A DNA stretch of 39,665 nt from a virus. Of this stretch, positions 34,715 through 39,665 are shown one piece after another. Where the stretch lies: the IMG/VR virus record IMGVR_UViG_3300033174_000009; one strand, given 5' to 3'. The notes below the pieces were generated by a model. It was given only the letters and a program-made list of their open reading frames with translations, did not search any database and had not been told where the DNA came from. Positions within the stretch are counted from its first letter, which is position 1. Each line of letters opens with the position of its first letter. Made by a program: the position numbers and the translations under genes.

Positions 34715-34998
34715 GTCAGTAGGTTTGCAAGTTTCGTTTCGAACCAGGTCATGTCTGTTACCTGTATCTCATTCCCTTCCCGGTCATAGCCAGTCCAGTC
34801 GATCAGATTTACTTCTGCATTACCGTTAAAATAAGGCTCACTGTCATAATCAGCCTGAACAGTCCGGCCATGAAACTCGACAATCCCGTATAGGTTAACC
34901 GAACGTCCGTCCGGCAGGTTAACATCAACATTAAACCTACCTTCGCTGAAGTCAGAGAGGTCAATGAAGTCTATTGCTTCTTTAAGGTCTACGTTCAT
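34711..34998 (-). CDS. Hypothetical protein
   Basis: 95-aa ORF with ATGA overlaps. Confidence 0.7.
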   Translation of the reverse strand: MNVDLKEAIDFIDLSDFSEGRFNVDVNLPDGRSVNLYGIVEFHGRTVQADYDSEPYFNGNAEVNLIDWTGYDREGNEIQVTDMTWFETKLANLLT

Positions 34999-35249
34999 AA
35001 TTTAGTAGTTGTGGGTGGACGCACTATTGATGCAATAGCCTCGAACATATCATCGGTGTTCTTTTTCAACTCGGCAAGCTGCTCACTCAAGTCGGCATGA
35101 ACACCTTTGATCTTAAACTTTGGATAGTTAGTATTCGCCATGAGTACCCGGCTCATTCCTTCGGCCTCGGCTTTAGCCAGAAGAAGGCCGTCATCGTAGT
35201 CGTCAGAATTTACATCTAAAACTACCTCGAAATTTACTTTGAATTTCAT
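34995..35249 (-). CDS. Hypothetical protein
   Basis: 84-aa ORF with an ATGA overlap. Confidence 0.7.
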   Translation of the reverse strand: MKFKVNFEVVLDVNSDDYDDGLLLAKAEAEGMSRVLMANTNYPKFKIKGVHADLSEQLAELKKNTDDMFEAIASIVRPPTTTKL

Positions 35250-35250
35250 A

Positions 35251-35450
35251 TCAGTTAAGATTAGTTTTCCAACTTAAACACTTCTCATTTTCTATTCTCC
35301 TGATCCGCTGCTCTGCATTAAGAGAGAAACGGAACAGCACCGGGAAGCAGTCGAACAGTACAACGTTAGCGGTCTTGATCTGATTAACCTCTGTGATTGA
35401 ATTGGCAGCCATGAGGTCAAAGGCTACATCTATAATAAATTTACGTTTTT

Positions 35451-35454
<4 letters not shown>
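35251..35454 (-). CDS. Hypothetical protein. The likely start is the ATG at 35454 (MKKRKFIID); the track start is 35505.
   Basis: The ATGA overlap with the stop of ORF 35451..36056 favours the shorter 67-aa form. Confidence 0.55.
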
Positions 35455-36056
<602 letters not shown>

Positions 36057-36065
36057 TACGGTATA

Positions 36066-36293
36066 TTATTTCCAGTTTATAACATCTGCGCCTTTGCGGT
36101 TGAACCTCCGACAGAGATATTTCAATAGTGCCCAATCGCATGACTTTGCCCGGCCAGACTGATGGTATTGGATCATCATTTCTGCAGATCGAACATTCTT
36201 AAACAGACCTTCGGCTGTCATCTCTCTGGCAAGCTGAATCTTTGTGAGCTTTTCACCGGATTCGGCAATCAACTTTGTAAAATCAATTTTCAT
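36066..36293 (-). CDS. Small helix-turn-helix protein (Cro/regulator-like)
   Basis: 75 aa. LTKIQLAREMTAEGLFKNVRSAEMMIQYHQSG resembles an HTH. It lies near the divergent control region. Confidence 0.5.
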   Translation of the reverse strand: MKIDFTKLIAESGEKLTKIQLAREMTAEGLFKNVRSAEMMIQYHQSGRAKSCDWALLKYLCRRFNRKGADVINWK

Positions 36294-36353
36294 GGTTTAA
36301 AATTTAAGCGGCCACACCCTTTGAAATGATCGCCGGGCGGGCCGCAAAGGTTG

Positions 36354-36530
36354 TTAACACTCATTTTCAAATACAAGTTCAAGTATTTCATCTGCGGTTT
36401 CATCACCATACATCTTGGTAAGATACTCTGCGATCTTTATCGCACGGTCTATGAAACACATTTTTGAATTGATTTCTTTGATCTTGCTTTCAGCTTCATT
36501 GTAGAGCCTTGTTGCTTCTGCTGTTTTCAT
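36354..36530 (-). CDS. 58-aa helical hypothetical protein (not in the ORF track)
   Basis: Translated by hand: MKTAEATRLYNEAESKIKEINSKMCFIDRAIKIAEYLTKMYGDETADEILELVFENEC. Confidence 0.5.
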   Translation of the reverse strand: MKTAEATRLYNEAESKIKEINSKMCFIDRAIKIAEYLTKMYGDETADEILELVFENEC

Positions 36531-36551
36531 CTCTTTGCGGTTATTTGGTGG

Positions 36552-36740
36552 TTATTTTTCTTCAAATGTTACGTAGCTCTGGAGGAGTTTTCCGCAGGTG
36601 GTGCAGGTTACTTTCCCGGTGTATCTTCCGTCATTGGCTCCGTAGCAGGTGCAGACCTCGTCGATGCTGTGTACCAAGTAGAGGAGGTGTCCGTTTCTGT
36701 AGATCCTTTTGTGTCTGGTAGTTCTTGCTGTTGTTTTCAT
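36552..36740 (-). CDS. Small Cys-containing protein (possible zinc-binding)
   Basis: 62 aa, with CTC...CTTC Cys pairs. Confidence 0.55.
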   Translation of the reverse strand: MKTTARTTRHKRIYRNGHLLYLVHSIDEVCTCYGANDGRYTGKVTCTTCGKLLQSYVTFEEK

Positions 36741-36764
36741 TGTCTTTGCGGTTTTGATTAATAA

Positions 36765-36935
36765 CTATTTTGAGTAAAATTTCAAGTATTCTTTCTTGCA
36801 ACCAAGTTCAGCGAGCATAAGCAATGCTTCAGCCTTAGTCTTTTTTATCCCTTTCTTTTCAAGATAAAGAACGTATTCCTTTAGCCTGATGTGAAAATCA
36901 TCCGGTACTTGTACGACTATCCCTGTTGTTTCCAT
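36765..36935 (-). CDS. Ribbon-helix-helix-like regulator. The likely start is the ATG at 36935 (METTGIVVQVP); the track start at 36962 is TTG.
   Basis: A beta-strand (IVVQVPDDFHIRL) followed by two helices (KEYVLYLEKKGI, KTKAEALLMLAELG). First gene of the leftward arm. Confidence 0.5.
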   Translation of the reverse strand: METTGIVVQVPDDFHIRLKEYVLYLEKKGIKKTKAEALLMLAELGCKKEYLKFYSK

Positions 36936-37132
36936 GTGAATTGGTTTAAATTGATACAACAAATATAAAACATATAAATGATATAAAAAAAATAATTATG
37001 TAAAACAGAGTGAAGATTTAACAATTTTTAACATTTGCAGATTACCCCCTCGGCATAGATTATAATAATTAATTTATGAGCTGAATGTATCATTTTTTAA
37101 ATTATTACGTATATTCGTAAAAAATTATCCGC
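36936..37132. promoter_or_regulatory. AT-rich divergent control region between the early (leftward) and late/packaging (rightward) arms
   Basis: 197 bp non-coding. TATATTTG on the minus strand (plus 36960-36967) lies about 25 nt upstream of the ATG at 36935. ATATAAA occurs three times at 9-bp spacing (36963, 36972, 36981). TTTAACA occurs twice at 10-bp spacing (37017, 37027). TATATTCG lies about 20 nt upstream of the ATG at 37133. Confidence 0.5.
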
Positions 37133-37666
37133 ATGAGTGCGCCTGTCGGCAATCAATTTTGGAAGCTACGAGCGAAGCATGGCAGAGATAAGTTATTCGC
37201 AACTCCCGAATTACTCTGGGACGCCGCCTGCGAATATTTCCAATGGTGCGAAGATAATCCACTTTACGAGATGCGGGGCTTTGCTTATCGGGGGGTAGTC
37301 ACAAAAGAGGACTTCCCGAAAATGAGAGCAATGACACTTTCTCAGTTATGTTTTTATCTTAATTGTAGTGAGTCATATTTCAGAGCATTCAAATCACTAA
37401 GATCGGCATTAAAAGATGAAGAACTTACGCAAATTGATAAAGATTTTTTAACAGTCATACGCGAGATAGAGACAATCATTTACAATCAGAAGTTTCAGGG
37501 AGCATCAGCTGATCTACTTAATGCCAATATTATTGCCCGCGATTTGGGATTAACAGATCGATCAGAAACTAAGGTTGATTTTAATGGTGAAGTCAGGATC
37601 AATGTCACATCAGACAAGAACGCAAAGAAATTAAAAGAGTTCCTGAATGACAGCAAACCTGAGTGA
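37133..37666 (+). CDS. terS: Terminase small subunit
   Basis: 177 aa directly upstream of, and overlapping, terL. The N-terminal GNQFWKLRAKHGRDKLFATPELLWDAACEYFQWC is typical of small-terminase DNA-binding domains. Confidence 0.7.
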   Translation: MSAPVGNQFWKLRAKHGRDKLFATPELLWDAACEYFQWCEDNPLYEMRGFAYRGVVTKEDFPKMRAMTLSQLCFYLNCSESYFRAFKSLRSALKDEELTQIDKDFLTVIREIETIIYNQKFQGASADLLNANIIARDLGLTDRSETKVDFNGEVRINVTSDKNAKKLKEFLNDSKPE

Positions 37667-38801
37667 CATATTCTTCCGCAACCTCGATGCTTACAAAGCA
37701 GGGGAGCATCTGATCATCAACCAGGGAGGTCAGGGAAGCTCTAAGACCTACTCAATACTTCAACTACTATATTTCATTGCTAAGAAAGAAACGAAGCGCA
37801 TAACGGTTGCATCGTACGCCCTGCCTCATCTGAAACAGGGTGCAATGTCTGACTTCGATAAGATACTTGAGACAATGGGAGAAAACCCCAGAGCACTAAA
37901 GAATATCAGCGAATCCACATATTACATTGGCAATTCATCTATCGAGTTCTTCGGGATTGAAGGTAATACAGCGAAAGCTCACGGACCACGAAGGGATATT
38001 CTGTTTATCAATGAGTGTAACCGCAAAATCACTTACGAGGTTTACGACCAGCTCTCAACACGCACACGAGGAGCGGTATTCCTTGACTTTAACCCTGATC
38101 AGGAGTTCTGGCTACATGAGAAGGTTCTGCCGTTCTTTGATCATGTACTTATCAAGAGCAGTTTTGCAGATAATCCCTGGTTGCCTGAAAAAGAGCTGAA
38201 CAACATTCTTGCGAAATACAATAAGCCGGGCTTTGAGAACTGGTGGAGGGTCTATGGACTTGGTGAGCTCGGACGACTTGAAGGGGCTATCTTATCCAAC
38301 TGGCGATACGGGGAGTTCGATACGTCGCTTGCCTTTGGTTATGGTTGTGATTTTGGGTTCAATGATCCTGATGTTCTGGTCAGGGTTGCAATAGATCAGA
38401 AGCGTAAAATCATCTATTGTGACGAAAAGATTTACAAGTCCGGTAACTCAGCCGACCAGCTACGGCAGATGATCGCCGCTCATTGCGGAAGGAACGATCT
38501 TATTATTGCCGACTGTGCTGATGCCCGTATGATAGCTGAACTAAGGAGATATTTTAATATTCGCCCGATAGATAAAAAGAAGTGGACTATCAGCGAGGCC
38601 CTGAAAATGATGCAGGATTATGAGATTGTGATTACCGAAGGGAGTGCGAATCTTGCAAAGGAGCTTAATAATTATGTCTGGTCAGATAAGAAAGCCGGTG
38701 TTCCGATGAAGGGGTTTGACCATACTATTGATGCCGTTAGGTACTGGTTTATGAACACAATAACAAAACCTTCATTTACTCAGGTATGGCAATTCCAATA
38801 G
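37647..38801 (+). CDS. terL: Terminase large subunit (PBSX/Terminase_3-like)
   Basis: Walker A QGGQGSSKTYS. Walker B-like ILFINECN. Nuclease acidic residues in GCDFGFNDPD, ADCADARMI and HTIDAVRYW. Confidence 0.9.
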   Translation: MTANLSDIFFRNLDAYKAGEHLIINQGGQGSSKTYSILQLLYFIAKKETKRITVASYALPHLKQGAMSDFDKILETMGENPRALKNISESTYYIGNSSIEFFGIEGNTAKAHGPRRDILFINECNRKITYEVYDQLSTRTRGAVFLDFNPDQEFWLHEKVLPFFDHVLIKSSFADNPWLPEKELNNILAKYNKPGFENWWRVYGLGELGRLEGAILSNWRYGEFDTSLAFGYGCDFGFNDPDVLVRVAIDQKRKIIYCDEKIYKSGNSADQLRQMIAAHCGRNDLIIADCADARMIAELRRYFNIRPIDKKKWTISEALKMMQDYEIVITEGSANLAKELNNYVWSDKKAGVPMKGFDHTIDAVRYWFMNTITKPSFTQVWQFQ

Positions 38802-39412
38802 ACAGACTGACCCTTCTGGATATGATGCTCGACGGGGAGTACTCCGGACTGTCTGACGGGCTGGTACAGATGCCACGACCTGAGAGGCTGAAGATACGAC
38901 ATAAGTACCTGATGGTTCCGAAGGATATGAATGAGTTCTGCGGTAATATCTGCTACGGGCAAAGACTGTTTTTTGCTGAGACGGAAGATAATGATTACGG
39001 TGTTATCCTGCGATCCATTGAGGGCTATTACTATCCTATCTTCACTAATGATAAATGGGACGCTGACAGGGCTCTGTTGATGGGTCGTCAGGTCGTCAAA
39101 TGCAGGGCGATAGATGTTTACCCTGTCGCTACTCACCTGGTCAACCTCATCGCTGAGATGGCAGAGAGAGAGAATAAGTTGCTGCACCGCTCACCGTCAA
39201 AGACAGAGCTGGCAGCCGGCATTGATAAGCTGGACGTATTCGCTCAGATGGCAGCATTGGATTTCCTGAGTGATGTGCTGAAGATCAGTATTCCCGAAGT
39301 GCTGCTGACTCCGTATAACGAGTGTCTTGTACGCTTCAAGATGGCGAAGGAGCAGAACGACTACCGGGAAAGGTACATGGAGCAAGTAACTAAAGAGGCA
39401 AAGAAGAAATGA
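38786..39412 (+). CDS. Hypothetical protein following the terminase
   Basis: 208-aa ORF overlapping the terL end. Too small for a portal. Confidence 0.7.
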   Translation: MAIPIDRLTLLDMMLDGEYSGLSDGLVQMPRPERLKIRHKYLMVPKDMNEFCGNICYGQRLFFAETEDNDYGVILRSIEGYYYPIFTNDKWDADRALLMGRQVVKCRAIDVYPVATHLVNLIAEMAERENKLLHRSPSKTELAAGIDKLDVFAQMAALDFLSDVLKISIPEVLLTPYNECLVRFKMAKEQNDYRERYMEQVTKEAKKK

Positions 39413-39665
39413 TAACAGAAACACTTAAACAGGTCGTCAGTGATTCAGGATGTACGATTGTCATATACGAGCAACGGCAGATCGTTAATCTGCGTACTGA
39501 CATAGGCATACCTTCAGATATTATCGGGGTGATCGTTCAGCCTGACAACGGAGTACTGGAAGTACACGCTAATTCGATTCAGGAACATTGGAACCCGCTT
39601 TATATCGAAGTGCTTAAACAGATAACGAGCATGGAAGAGCCTGCCGATGATCATGAGGCAATGTT
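39409..39665 (+). CDS. Hypothetical protein, 5' portion. The ORF runs off the window end and continues at base 128 of the circularised genome to the stop at 311.
   Basis: ATGA overlap with the stop at 39410-39412. Open to the end: MITETLKQVVSDSGCTIVIYEQRQ... Confidence 0.7.
   Translation, partial: MITETLKQVVSDSGCTIVIYEQRQIVNLRTDIGIPSDIIGVIVQPDNGVLEVHANSIQEHWNPLYIEVLKQITSMEEPADDHEAM
39539..39665. repeat. Terminal direct repeat, copy 2 (identical to 1-127)
   Basis: Read directly. Confidence 0.95.

Overview
The window is a complete genome of a tailed dsDNA phage. Bases 1-127 are identical to 39539-39665, so it closes into a circle of 39,538 unique bp, and one gene is split across the ends. It has two transcription arms that diverge from an AT-rich control region (36936-37132) and converge at 23388-23394.

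The rightward late arm runs from 37133, across the junction, to 23387. In order it carries: small and large terminase; hypothetical virion genes; two large tail or receptor-binding proteins that share an N-terminal module (one also has FISUMP and DUF1566 lectin-like domains); a tape-measure-like coiled-coil protein; a six-gene ATP-grasp/glycosyltransferase cassette; a ClpP-type protease-scaffold fusion; the major capsid protein; a portal candidate; a pectate-lyase-type tailspike; and a lysis cassette rich in membrane proteins (M15 endolysin, holin candidates, unimolecular-spanin-like lipoprotein).

The leftward early arm runs from 36935 to 23395. It carries small DNA-binding regulators, an alanine-repeat protein encoded by about 235 bp of GCN trinucleotide repeat, a RecT plus PD-(D/E)XK exonuclease pair, an HNH endonuclease, an SNF2 helicase, an orphan DNA methyltransferase, a replication-associated gene with internal iteron-like repeats, a primase-helicase, many tiny ORFs, and two terminal accessory genes.

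Genes are packed tightly, mostly through ATGA start/stop overlaps. Nine plausible ORFs shorter than 60 aa are missing from the supplied track. I found no integrase, reverse transcriptase, tRNA, rRNA or CRISPR array.

A Bacteroidota host is my inference. It rests on near absence of Shine-Dalgarno sequences, TAnnTTTG-type promoter motifs, FISUMP/DUF1566 domains and the style of the signal peptides.

All domain calls come from motif recognition by eye and need profile or structure searches to confirm.
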